DNA of 64,000 bases from Deltaproteobacteria bacterium. GTDB taxonomy: Bacteria > Myxococcota_A > UBA9160 > SMWR01. Positions within the stretch are counted from its first letter, which is position 1. Every line of letters starts with the position of its first letter. The position numbers and the translations under genes were made by a program. The stretch lies in assembly GCA_032128375.1 (NCBI GenBank), contig JAQBGU010000181.1:36166-100165 (forward strand), in the 5' to 3' direction. A model generated the notes under the pieces. The model saw nothing but the letters and a program-made list of their open reading frames with translations, was not told the DNA's origin and ran no database searches. Below, in pieces: positions 55,893 through 64,000 of this stretch.

Positions 55893-56969
55893 ATGTCCGA
55901 GATACTGGAAAAAATTGCGGTGTTCGAGCGGTTGGCCGAACAGCTCGAAGAGAAGCTGGCTGACCCTGAAATCGCAAGCTCACCGAATGAGTACACGGGG
56001 TTCGCCAAGGAGTTGTCTCAGATCCGACCCCTGGCCGACGCCGGAAGGCGATACCGCCGAGTGCTCGCGGCGATCGCTGACGCGAAAGGGATGCTCGCTG
56101 ATTCGGACCCAGACGTTCGAGAACTCGCACAATCCGAAATCAAAGAACTCGAAGCTGAGACTGAACGACTCGATCTGGAAATTCAGATCCTGCTGGTTCC
56201 GAAGGACCCCAACGACGAAAGGGCCGCGATCCTCGAGATCCGGGCCGGCACTGGGGGCGACGAAGCGGCGCTGTTCGCCGGGGACCTGTTCCGAATGTAC
56301 TCGCGGTATGCGGAGACGCGCGGCTGGAAGATCGAGCCGGTCTCGATCTCTCAAACCGATGGTGGCGGGTTTCGCGAGGCCATAGTGAACATCTCCGGAA
56401 AGGATGTCTTCGGCCGCCTCAAGTACGAGTGCGGCGTGCACCGTGTGCAGCGCGTTCCAACCACCGAGTCTCAGGGCCGTATCCATACTTCGACGGTGAC
56501 CGTAGCTGTGCTGCCCGAAGCCAACGAAGTCGACATCGAACTCGACATGAACGAGCTGCGGATCGATCGATTTCGCTCTTCCGGTCCCGGCGGGCAGAGC
56601 GTCAATACGACCGACTCTGCGATTCGGATCACCCACATTCCTTCCGGCCTCGTCGTGCAATGCCAAGACGAAAAATCGCAGCACAAGAACAAGGCGAAGG
56701 CGCTCACGGTGCTCCGATCGCGACTGCTCGATATGGAGACGAAGCGTGAAGCAGCGGAGCGATCCGGTGCGCGTCGTGCACAGGTCGGAACCGGAGAGCG
56801 CTCCGAGAAGATCCGCACCTACAATTTTCCGCAGGCGCGGTTGACCGATCACCGAGCGGGAATCACGTTGCACAAATTGCAGGTGATCATCGAGGGCGAC
56901 CTCGATTCATTGCTCGATGCGGTACACGGCAAGCTCGCCGCAGAAGCCCTTGCAGGGCAAGACAAGTGA
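55893..56969 (+). CDS. prfA: Peptide chain release factor 1
   Basis: GVHRVQRVP-T-T (PxT), GGQ and IRTYNFPQ. Confidence 0.97.
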   Translation: MSEILEKIAVFERLAEQLEEKLADPEIASSPNEYTGFAKELSQIRPLADAGRRYRRVLAAIADAKGMLADSDPDVRELAQSEIKELEAETERLDLEIQILLVPKDPNDERAAILEIRAGTGGDEAALFAGDLFRMYSRYAETRGWKIEPVSISQTDGGGFREAIVNISGKDVFGRLKYECGVHRVQRVPTTESQGRIHTSTVTVAVLPEANEVDIELDMNELRIDRFRSSGPGGQSVNTTDSAIRITHIPSGLVVQCQDEKSQHKNKAKALTVLRSRLLDMETKREAAERSGARRAQVGTGERSEKIRTYNFPQARLTDHRAGITLHKLQVIIEGDLDSLLDAVHGKLAAEALAGQDK

Positions 56970-57910
56970 GCTCCGCATCGAGTCGAGCGGACCGCAGCTG
57001 GACGGTGCTCGAATTGCTGCGCTGGACAACGGAGCATTTCGGAAAACACGGCATCGAAACCGCCCGGCTCGACGCTGAGTGCCTGCTCGCGGCCGCGTTG
57101 GACGTGCCACGAATGCGGCTGTATATCGACTTCGACAAGACCGTGAGCCCGCAGGAGCGCCGCGTGTTCCGCGAACATGTAATACGCAGGGCACACGAGA
57201 GGGTTCCGGTCGCGCAACTGGTCGGCTTCAAGGAATTCTGGTCGATGATGCTATTGGTTACGCCCGACGTGCTGACGCCGCGGCCGGATACGGAAACGCT
57301 GGTGTCGGCTGCCCTCGACCTGCTGCCCGACCGCGAGGCGAAGCCCGCTATACTGGAAATTGGAACCGGTAGCGGCGCAGTCGCTTTTGCGATTGCGCAT
57401 GAGCGGCCGAACGCGAGCGTGACCGCTACCGACATCTCGCCTGCGGCGTTGAAGGTTGCGATTCACAACGCGGAGTCGCTGAAAATGGCAGAGCGGGTTC
57501 GTTTCCTGCTGGGCGACGGGTTCGCGCCGGTGGCTTCGACCGGCTTCGACCTGATCGTTTCGAACCCGCCCTACCTCGCAGAATCCGAGCGGGATGCGCT
57601 GCCGCGCGAGTTGCGTCACGAACCCGAGGTGGCGCTGTTTTCTGGTCGCGACGGAACGAAGCTATTGCGCGCGCTGATCGATGGAGCGGGCGCACTGCTC
57701 GCGGGGGATGGAGCAATCGCATTGGAACTCGCCCCCGCCCAAGCGCCGCTCGCGGCACGTTGGTGCGAGGACGCGGGCCTGGGTGACGTGAAGATCCACC
57801 GCGATCTTGCGCGTCGACCGCGTGTGGTGTCGGCGCGAAGAACGACTTCCAGAACTACAACAATCACTACAACAATAACTACAACAATCTCCCCCGACGA
57901 GGTTGGCTGA
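56966..57910 (+). CDS. prmC: Release factor glutamine methyltransferase
   Basis: PRPDTE, EIGTGSG and SNPPY. Confidence 0.95.
   Translation: MSSASSRADRSWTVLELLRWTTEHFGKHGIETARLDAECLLAAALDVPRMRLYIDFDKTVSPQERRVFREHVIRRAHERVPVAQLVGFKEFWSMMLLVTPDVLTPRPDTETLVSAALDLLPDREAKPAILEIGTGSGAVAFAIAHERPNASVTATDISPAALKVAIHNAESLKMAERVRFLLGDGFAPVASTGFDLIVSNPPYLAESERDALPRELRHEPEVALFSGRDGTKLLRALIDGAGALLAGDGAIALELAPAQAPLAARWCEDAGLGDVKIHRDLARRPRVVSARRTTSRTTTITTTITTTISPDEVG
57854..57889. repeat. 12-bp tandem repeat x3 in the prmC 3' end (Thr-rich tail)
   Basis: ACTACAACAATC ACTACAACAATA ACTACAACAATC. Confidence 0.92.
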
Positions 57911-59163
57911 TGGATCGCATTGTCGTGTCTGGTGGGGCACAGCTCAACGGTGACGTCACCGTATCCGGGTCCAAGAACTCGACGCTGGCGCTGATGGCCG
58001 CGGCTTTGCTGCCGGATGACGAAACTGTGCTGCACAACGTTCCTCGGCTGCGAGACGTCGACACCATGCTCGAGATCTTGCGCGCGCTCGGTGCCCGAGC
58101 CGATTGGGAAAATTCGCGAACGATTCGCATCGACGCGACTACCGTGAACAATCCCGAAGCGCCCTACGACCTGGTTCGCAAGATGCGCGCGTCATTTCTG
58201 GTACTCGGACCGCTGATGGCTCGCTTCGGGACCGCACGGGTATCCGAGCCCGGGGGCTGTGCGATCGGCGTGAGGCCTGTCGATCAGCACCTCAAGGGGC
58301 TACAGGCGCTCGGTGCAAAGATCCAACTCGATCACGGTTACGTGGAGGCAACAACGACCGGGTTGCGCGGTGGACGCATCACCTTCGATCTCACAACGGT
58401 CAATGGCACTCAAAACGTGATGATGGCCGCCACCCAGGCGAGCGGCGAGACGCTGATCGAAAATGCGGCGCGAGAACCAGAGGTTGTGGAACTCGCCGAG
58501 ATGCTGAGTGCGATGGGTGCAGACATCGAGGGTGCCGGAACGGCTCGGATCCGGATTCGCGGAGTGGATGCATTGCACGGCATCGATCACGCGGTTTCCG
58601 GCGATCGGATCGAGGCGGGTACGATGCTGGCAGCGGCGATCGTGACGCGCGGGGATGTTACGGTGCACGGAGTGGAGCCCGCCATGCTGGAATCGACCGT
58701 CGAGAAACTGCGGGAGGTGGGTAGCGAGATCGAAGTTGGGGTCGACTCCATACGGGCGAAGATGGAAGGGCCAATCCGCGCGGTCCGCGCGGTCACGGCG
58801 CCCTTTCCAGGCTACCCGACGGATATGCAGGCCCAACTGATGGCGGTGCTGACGCTTGCCAACGGTTCGAGCGTCGTTACCGAGCAGGTCTTCGAGAATC
58901 GCTTCATGCACGTCCCAGAACTCCAGCGCATGGGCGCAGACATCACGCTGTCCGGGCGCTCCGCACGCATTCGCGGGGTTCCCAAGCTGATGGGAGCGCC
59001 AGTGATGGCAACCGACCTGCGGGCATCGGCTGGGCTGGTCATCGCCGCGCTCGCAGCAAGGGGTGACACGGTGGTCAATCGCGTCTATCACATCGACCGC
59101 GGCTACGAACGAATCGAAGCCAAGTTGCGCGGTCTAGGCGCCGACATTCGGCGGGAGAACTAG
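57910..59163 (+). CDS. murA: UDP-N-acetylglucosamine 1-carboxyvinyltransferase
   Basis: GSKN, MRAS, PGGCAIG.RP, PTDMQ, FENR, DLRA and RGYE. Confidence 0.97.
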   Translation: MDRIVVSGGAQLNGDVTVSGSKNSTLALMAAALLPDDETVLHNVPRLRDVDTMLEILRALGARADWENSRTIRIDATTVNNPEAPYDLVRKMRASFLVLGPLMARFGTARVSEPGGCAIGVRPVDQHLKGLQALGAKIQLDHGYVEATTTGLRGGRITFDLTTVNGTQNVMMAATQASGETLIENAAREPEVVELAEMLSAMGADIEGAGTARIRIRGVDALHGIDHAVSGDRIEAGTMLAAAIVTRGDVTVHGVEPAMLESTVEKLREVGSEIEVGVDSIRAKMEGPIRAVRAVTAPFPGYPTDMQAQLMAVLTLANGSSVVTEQVFENRFMHVPELQRMGADITLSGRSARIRGVPKLMGAPVMATDLRASAGLVIAALAARGDTVVNRVYHIDRGYERIEAKLRGLGADIRREN

Positions 59164-59165
59164 CC

Positions 59166-60548
59166 ATGGCGAGTCGAGCAAGCAAGGGGATTGTTCCGGT
59201 CATCCGCACCTCCGAGTCGGATTTCGAACAGACGTTCTGCAAGATGATCGAACGTCGCCACGAAGACGCCGAGGACATCGATAAGGCGGTTCGAAAGATC
59301 TTGAACCGCGTTCGCGACGGCGGAGACGGGGAATTGCTCGCCTGTGTGCGGAAGTTCGACGGCGCGAAGATCCGATCAGTCGAGGACCTCGAGGTTTCGA
59401 ATGACGAGCGCGATGCGGCCGCCGAAAAAATAGACGGTGCAGACCGCGCAGCACTCGGCAAGGCCGCGATGCGCGTGCGAGAGTTTCACCGCAAGCGAAT
59501 TCCCTCGAGCTGGGAAGTTCGCGAGGAAGGTGGCGCGACGTTTGGTCACCGTGTGCGTCCGCTTCACCGCGTCGGAATCTATGTCCCGGGTGGCAAGGCG
59601 ATGTACCCGTCGAGTGTGATCATGAATGCGGTACCTGCATCTGTGGTCGAGGTCCCCGAGATCATCATGGCCACGCCCGCCCGGCCAGACGGTTCGATAT
59701 GTCCGGAAGTTCTGTTGGCCGCCAAGGTCGCGGGTGTCCACCGTATATTCAAGATGGGCGGCGCGCACGCTATCGCCGCGATGGCATACGGGACACAGAC
59801 AGTCCCGCGCGTAGACAAGATCGTTGGTCCGGGTAGCCATTGGGTGGCCGCCGCAAAGCGGCTCGTGTTCGGCGACGTCGCGATCGACAGTGAGGCCGGG
59901 CCGAGTGAAGTTGCAATCGTTGCAGACAAGAGCGCCACACCGGCTTGGTTGGCCGCGGATCTGATCGCCCAGGCCGAACACGACGAACTCGCAAGCGCCA
60001 TCTTGATCACCCACGCGGGTGCAATCGTCACTCGCGTCCAGGACCAGCTGGCCAAACAGCTCAAAGACCTCGATCGCGCGAAGATCGCGATGAAGTCGCT
60101 GACGACCCGGGGAAAGATCATTGTGACCAAGGATGTCAACGAATCGATCGCAATCGCGAACCGCTACGCGCCGGAGCATCTCGTATTGGCGCTCGACGAC
60201 GCCGACGCGGTCTCCAAGGGGGTCACAAACGCGGGCGCGCTGTTTCTTGGCCACTACACACCGGTTGCTGTCGGCGATTACATCGCCGGACCCAACCACG
60301 TGCTACCGACGGGTGGAACGGCGCGCTTCTTCTCGCCGCTGGGGGTGGATGACTTCCTGAAGCGAATGAGCGTCACCCGATTCGAGCCTCAGAAGCTGCG
60401 CGAACTGGGGGCGGACGTGATTCGCCTGGCCGCCATCGAGGGTCTGACGGGTCATGGCACCAGCATCGACTTGCGCCTGCAGCAGATCCGCAGTGCGCGT
60501 CGGCAGCGCGAGGCGACCCGTGATTCCGAAGTGGAGATCGAAGCATGA
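59166..60548 (+). CDS. hisD: Histidinol dehydrogenase
   Basis: YVPGGKA.YPSS, AGPSE, QAEHD, PEH and GDY.AGPNHVLPT. Confidence 0.96.
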   Translation: MASRASKGIVPVIRTSESDFEQTFCKMIERRHEDAEDIDKAVRKILNRVRDGGDGELLACVRKFDGAKIRSVEDLEVSNDERDAAAEKIDGADRAALGKAAMRVREFHRKRIPSSWEVREEGGATFGHRVRPLHRVGIYVPGGKAMYPSSVIMNAVPASVVEVPEIIMATPARPDGSICPEVLLAAKVAGVHRIFKMGGAHAIAAMAYGTQTVPRVDKIVGPGSHWVAAAKRLVFGDVAIDSEAGPSEVAIVADKSATPAWLAADLIAQAEHDELASAILITHAGAIVTRVQDQLAKQLKDLDRAKIAMKSLTTRGKIIVTKDVNESIAIANRYAPEHLVLALDDADAVSKGVTNAGALFLGHYTPVAVGDYIAGPNHVLPTGGTARFFSPLGVDDFLKRMSVTRFEPQKLRELGADVIRLAAIEGLTGHGTSIDLRLQQIRSARRQREATRDSEVEIEA

Positions 60549-61162
60549 GCGGCAAACAGGCCCCTCCCGGAGCGCGGACCCGCGCGGCGTCAGTCGAGCG
60601 AAAAACCCAGGAAACCCAGGTTTCCATCGAACTCGACCTCGACGGAGCGGGCGACTACGAGATCAGCACCGGGATCGGCTTTTTCGATCACATGCTCGAG
60701 TCGTTCGCGAAGCACGCGGCCTTTGATCTGCGCATCACGGCCAAGGGTGACCTGCAGGTCGATACGCACCACACCGTGGAAGACGTCGGGATCACGCTGG
60801 GCCAGGCGGTTCGCGAAGCACTCGGTTCGGCGGCCGGCATCCGTCGCTATGGCGGAATCTCGCTACCGATGTCGGAAGCGAAGGTCGACGTGACACTCGA
60901 TGTCTCGAACCGCCCCTATCTCGTGTACCGCGTAGCCCTGGTGAACGATCGGATCGGGGATTTCGACGCGACTCTCACGGAGGATTTTCTCTACGCGTTT
61001 TCACAAAACGCGGGAATCGATCTGCACGTCGAACTTCGCTACGGCAAGAACCCGCACCACGTCGTCGAGGCGGTCTTCAAAGGGGTAGCGCGCGCGCTGC
61101 GCATCGCGGTCGAGACCGACCCGCGCATGACGGGCTTGCCGACTGTGAAGGGTGCGCTGTAA
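60545..61162 (+). CDS. hisB: Imidazoleglycerol-phosphate dehydratase
   Basis: TGIGFFDHML, D.HHTVED, N.HHVVEAVFK and TVKGAL. Confidence 0.96.
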   Translation: MSGKQAPPGARTRAASVERKTQETQVSIELDLDGAGDYEISTGIGFFDHMLESFAKHAAFDLRITAKGDLQVDTHHTVEDVGITLGQAVREALGSAAGIRRYGGISLPMSEAKVDVTLDVSNRPYLVYRVALVNDRIGDFDATLTEDFLYAFSQNAGIDLHVELRYGKNPHHVVEAVFKGVARALRIAVETDPRMTGLPTVKGAL

Positions 61163-61172
61163 TCCCAGGTCG

Positions 61173-61826
61173 ATGCCGACTTCACCCCGAATCGCTGTCG
61201 TCGATTACGGCGCCGGTAACCTCCGCAGCGTGTCGAAAGCGCTCGAGCGTTCCGGCATGACCGCCATCGTGACGTCCGATGCAACCGCCGTGCGCGCGGC
61301 AGACGGCGTCGTGCTGCCTGGCGTGGGTGCGTTTGCCGACGCGATCGCGAACCTCAAAAAGACCGGCATGCACGATGCGGTTCGCGAGGCGCTGGTGTCT
61401 GGCCGGCCTTATCTGGGGCTGTGCCTGGGATTGCAGGTACTCTTCGACGAAGGCGACGAGCACGGCGTAACCCCGGGTCTGGGAATCTTACCCGGTCGGG
61501 TCGAGCGCTTCGAATCGAACCACGCGGACGGGAGCGACGCGAAACGGCTGCTGATACCGCATATTGGCTGGAACACGGTGGCGTTCAGTGGCGACCATCC
61601 GATGCTCAGCGGGCTGCCGTCGCAAGACACCTACTATTTTGTGCACTCCTACCGCGCGGTTCCCAGTCGCGAACAGGACATTGTTGGCCGGGTCGACTAT
61701 GGTGGCACGTTCGCCGCCGCCGTGGCCCGGGAGGGGATGTTCGCCGTGCAGTTCCATCCCGAAAAGAGTCAAACGGCCGGCCGCAGGTTGCTCGACGCGT
61801 ATGCGTCATGGGTTTCGTCGTGCTGA
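61173..61826 (+). CDS. hisH: Imidazole glycerol phosphate synthase, glutaminase subunit
   Basis: DYGAGNL.SV, LPGVG, GLCLG, PHIGWN and QFHPEKS. Confidence 0.96.
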   Translation: MPTSPRIAVVDYGAGNLRSVSKALERSGMTAIVTSDATAVRAADGVVLPGVGAFADAIANLKKTGMHDAVREALVSGRPYLGLCLGLQVLFDEGDEHGVTPGLGILPGRVERFESNHADGSDAKRLLIPHIGWNTVAFSGDHPMLSGLPSQDTYYFVHSYRAVPSREQDIVGRVDYGGTFAAAVAREGMFAVQFHPEKSQTAGRRLLDAYASWVSSC

Positions 61827-62491
61827 CCAGCCGAAGGCCGACCGGGCGCGGATGGGTTTGGCTGTTTTGCGGCGCGGCGCTCGGCTGTGTGTTGGGTTGT
61901 GCGGCGGTGATCCCAGCGCCTGCGGTCGAACACCACTCGATGCGGAACCTGAAGGGGTCGCTCTCGAAAGTCGCAGTGCTTGCGTTCCAGCCCACAGCAT
62001 CGTTTGTTCGATCCCAGACGGGCAGCGCCGAATCAGCTGAATCGATCGCCGATCTGGTCGCTCGCATGATGACCGAGGAGTTGATGAAGCGCGGGATCGA
62101 GGTCATCGGGCCGACTGACTTGCAGATCGCATTCGCCGCGCAGGGCCAGACGAGTAGCCGCATCGACCGACGCGCCGCGGCGCGGATCGCCGCGCAAGAC
62201 TTCGGTGCGACGGCGATCTTGTTCGGTGAAGTTTCGCGTTGGCGCGAGCGCGGTGGCGAACGCTACGGCAGTTCGAGCCCCGCAAGCGTCGCGTTCGACA
62301 TGGGGCTGTACAGCGCACCGGGGCTGGAGCGCCTGTGGACCTCGAAATTCGACGAGACTCAGCGGCCACTGACCGAACATGTCCTGAACGCGCAGCGTTA
62401 TCCCGGGGGCGGCTCGCGTTGGTTGACGGCTGCCGAGTTCGCCGAGTGGGGCGTCAATGCCGCAGCGGATACGATCCGTGCGAAGATGTGA
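61808..62491 (+). CDS. Putative lipoprotein of unknown function (CsgG/LpoB/DUF799-like pattern)
   Basis: Basic N-terminus, hydrophobic stretch, VLG-C lipobox, KVAVLAF and GATAILFGEV; not a HisA sequence. Confidence 0.7.
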   Translation: MGFVVLTSRRPTGRGWVWLFCGAALGCVLGCAAVIPAPAVEHHSMRNLKGSLSKVAVLAFQPTASFVRSQTGSAESAESIADLVARMMTEELMKRGIEVIGPTDLQIAFAAQGQTSSRIDRRAAARIAAQDFGATAILFGEVSRWRERGGERYGSSSPASVAFDMGLYSAPGLERLWTSKFDETQRPLTEHVLNAQRYPGGGSRWLTAAEFAEWGVNAAADTIRAKM

Positions 62492-62543
62492 TGCGTCGCG
62501 TCATTGCTGAGAAAATTTTGACGCGTGCGTCAAGGATCACCCG

Positions 62544-63335
62544 ATGCTGCTGAAACGGATCATTCCGTGTCTCGATGTCGACAAGGGCCGCGTCGTCAAA
62601 GGTGTGAGATACGTCAACCATGTCGATGCCGGCGATCCGGTCGAAGTCGCAAAAATGTACGACGACCAGGAAGCCGACGAGATCACATTCCTGGATATCA
62701 CAGCCAGTCACGAGGGGCGCGGGATCCTGCTCGAAGTCGTCGGCCGTACCGCCGAGACGGTTTTCATGCCGCTTACGGTCGGCGGCGGCGTTCGATCGCT
62801 CGATGACATTCGCGATCTGCTCAATGCGGGCGCTGACAAAGTGTCGATCATGACGGCGGCCGTCGAAAACCCCGACTTGGTCGGAGAAGCCGCCGTGATG
62901 ATCGGCAGCGCCAACCTGGTGGTCGCGATCGACGCGCGCGCGAAGAGCGCGCAACCCGGCTGGGAGGTGTGTACGCACGGCGGCCGCCGACCGACCGGGA
63001 TCGACGTGGTTGACTGGGCGCGCAAGATGGCCCAGTTCGGTGCCGGCGAGATCCTGCTGACCAGTATGGATCGAGACGGAACCAAGAGCGGATACGACCT
63101 CGAAATGCTGCGCTCAGTGGCCGATGCGGTTTCGATTCCGGTGATTGCGTCTGGGGGCGGCGGCAGCGCTGATGACCTCGCATGCGCGCTCGACGACGGT
63201 CCCCAGGGGGGCCATTGTCAGGCAGCACTCGCCGCCTCGATCTTCCATTTCAAGGAAACCACGATTCCAGAGGTCAAGCGACAGTTGATCAATCGCGGTC
63301 TGCCGATCCGGCCTCCGTCGGGCTTCCGACGTTGA
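62544..63335 (+). CDS. hisF: Imidazole glycerol phosphate synthase, cyclase subunit
   Basis: [30 protein letters not shown] and ALAASIFH. Confidence 0.97.
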   Translation: MLLKRIIPCLDVDKGRVVKGVRYVNHVDAGDPVEVAKMYDDQEADEITFLDITASHEGRGILLEVVGRTAETVFMPLTVGGGVRSLDDIRDLLNAGADKVSIMTAAVENPDLVGEAAVMIGSANLVVAIDARAKSAQPGWEVCTHGGRRPTGIDVVDWARKMAQFGAGEILLTSMDRDGTKSGYDLEMLRSVADAVSIPVIASGGGGSADDLACALDDGPQGGHCQAALAASIFHFKETTIPEVKRQLINRGLPIRPPSGFRR

Positions 63336-63642
63336 TGTACAGGCTCATGCCTACGCCGCTCCCGCACCTCCAACGCGTTACGCCTTTGCCACACGGCTGC
63401 GCGGTTGATGCATGAAAGCCACTACGCTAGCTTGCCGAGCGCGCGAAAAAACTCGAAAGTATCCGAGTTTGCAAACGTTTTTGGCATCACCGGAGCTGGG
63501 CGCCAGTGCTCGTCCCGGTGGCCAGCAGGAAAAAAAGTCGGGGCACAGGTCGTTGATTTCGACACTGAACTGGATTCGAAACCACTCATAGCGGGACCGC
63601 GATTCAGATCGAGTCCTCGCGTAGCAGGAGAGTCACGAACGA

Positions 63643-63840
63643 ATGTCCGTCATCAAGGTCAGGGACAACGAACCCTTCGAAGTCGCGATGAAGCGGTTCA
63701 AGAAGCAATGCGAAAAGGCCGGCATCCTCAGTGAGCTGAAGCGTCGCGAGTACTACGACAAGCCGAGCATTCGCAAGAAGAAGAAGGCTGCGGCGGCTCG
63801 CAAACGCGCGCTCAAGAAGGCGAGGCGGCAGACGCGCTGA
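63643..63840 (+). CDS. rpsU: 30S ribosomal protein S21
   Basis: E.AMKRFKK...[17 protein letters not shown]. Confidence 0.96.
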   Translation: MSVIKVRDNEPFEVAMKRFKKQCEKAGILSELKRREYYDKPSIRKKKKAAAARKRALKKARRQTR

Positions 63841-63856
63841 GCGGGGGCAGGATCGT

Positions 63857-64000
63857 TTGAGCCTGATCGCCGAAGACACCATTTCGCAGATCCGCGATCG
63901 CGTCGATGTCGTCGGCTTGATCGGGCGCTTCGTCACTTTGAAGAAGGCCGGCACCAATTACAAAGGCCTTTGCCCGTTCCACCACGAAAAGACTCCGTCT
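63857..64000 (+). CDS. dnaG: DNA primase (5' fragment; runs off the window)
   Basis: Manual translation from TTG 63857: [19 protein letters not shown]...[12 protein letters not shown] (CHC2 zinc finger); follows rpsU. Confidence 0.93.
   Translation, partial: MSLIAEDTISQIRDRVDVVGLIGRFVTLKKAGTNYKGLCPFHHEKTPS

Noticed and set aside
61421..61807. N-terminal extensions in the ORF track (also nadD to 42123, rsfS to 41114, obgE to 45577, argH to 2634, HD-GYP to 17015)
   Set aside because: They overlap neighbouring genes or promoters; family similarity begins at downstream starts.
63448..63483. Hairpin AAACTCG/CGAGTTT after hisF as an intrinsic terminator
   Set aside because: Weak stem, interrupted U-tract, and over 100 bp from the stop; not supportable.

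Overview
GC-rich bacterial chromosome segment, about 60 densely packed genes. Gene content and order suggest a Myxococcota/deltaproteobacterial-type organism (inference). It is mostly core genome: dapF/argH, DAHP synthase, PBP1b, lspA, tatBC, thyX, gshA, grx/trxB, the rng-rplU-rpmA-obgE-proB-proA-nadD-rsfS-gpmI-comF superoperon, selA, rluD-pgeF-rho-prfA-prmC-murA-his genes, rpsU and the start of dnaG. I see no rRNA, tRNA, CRISPR array, prophage or transposase. Most notable: (1) a compact sigma54/c-di-GMP signalling locus with two consensus -24/-12 promoters, an NtrC-type activator, a REC-HD-GYP protein, a PilZ protein and a protein fusing a degenerate receiver, a degenerate AAA+ domain and a degenerate histidine kinase; (2) at least 13 unrelated 8-15 bp tandem micro-repeat arrays at gene termini, several re-copying the stop codon; (3) a biotin-dependent carboxylase/Na+-decarboxylase apparently split over two loci with one biotin carrier; (4) a switch-like structured selA leader; (5) an unknown lipoprotein in the usual hisA slot. 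Starts were adjusted from the ORF track where RBS, overlap or family features argue for it. All functional calls come from motif recognition; no database searches were run.
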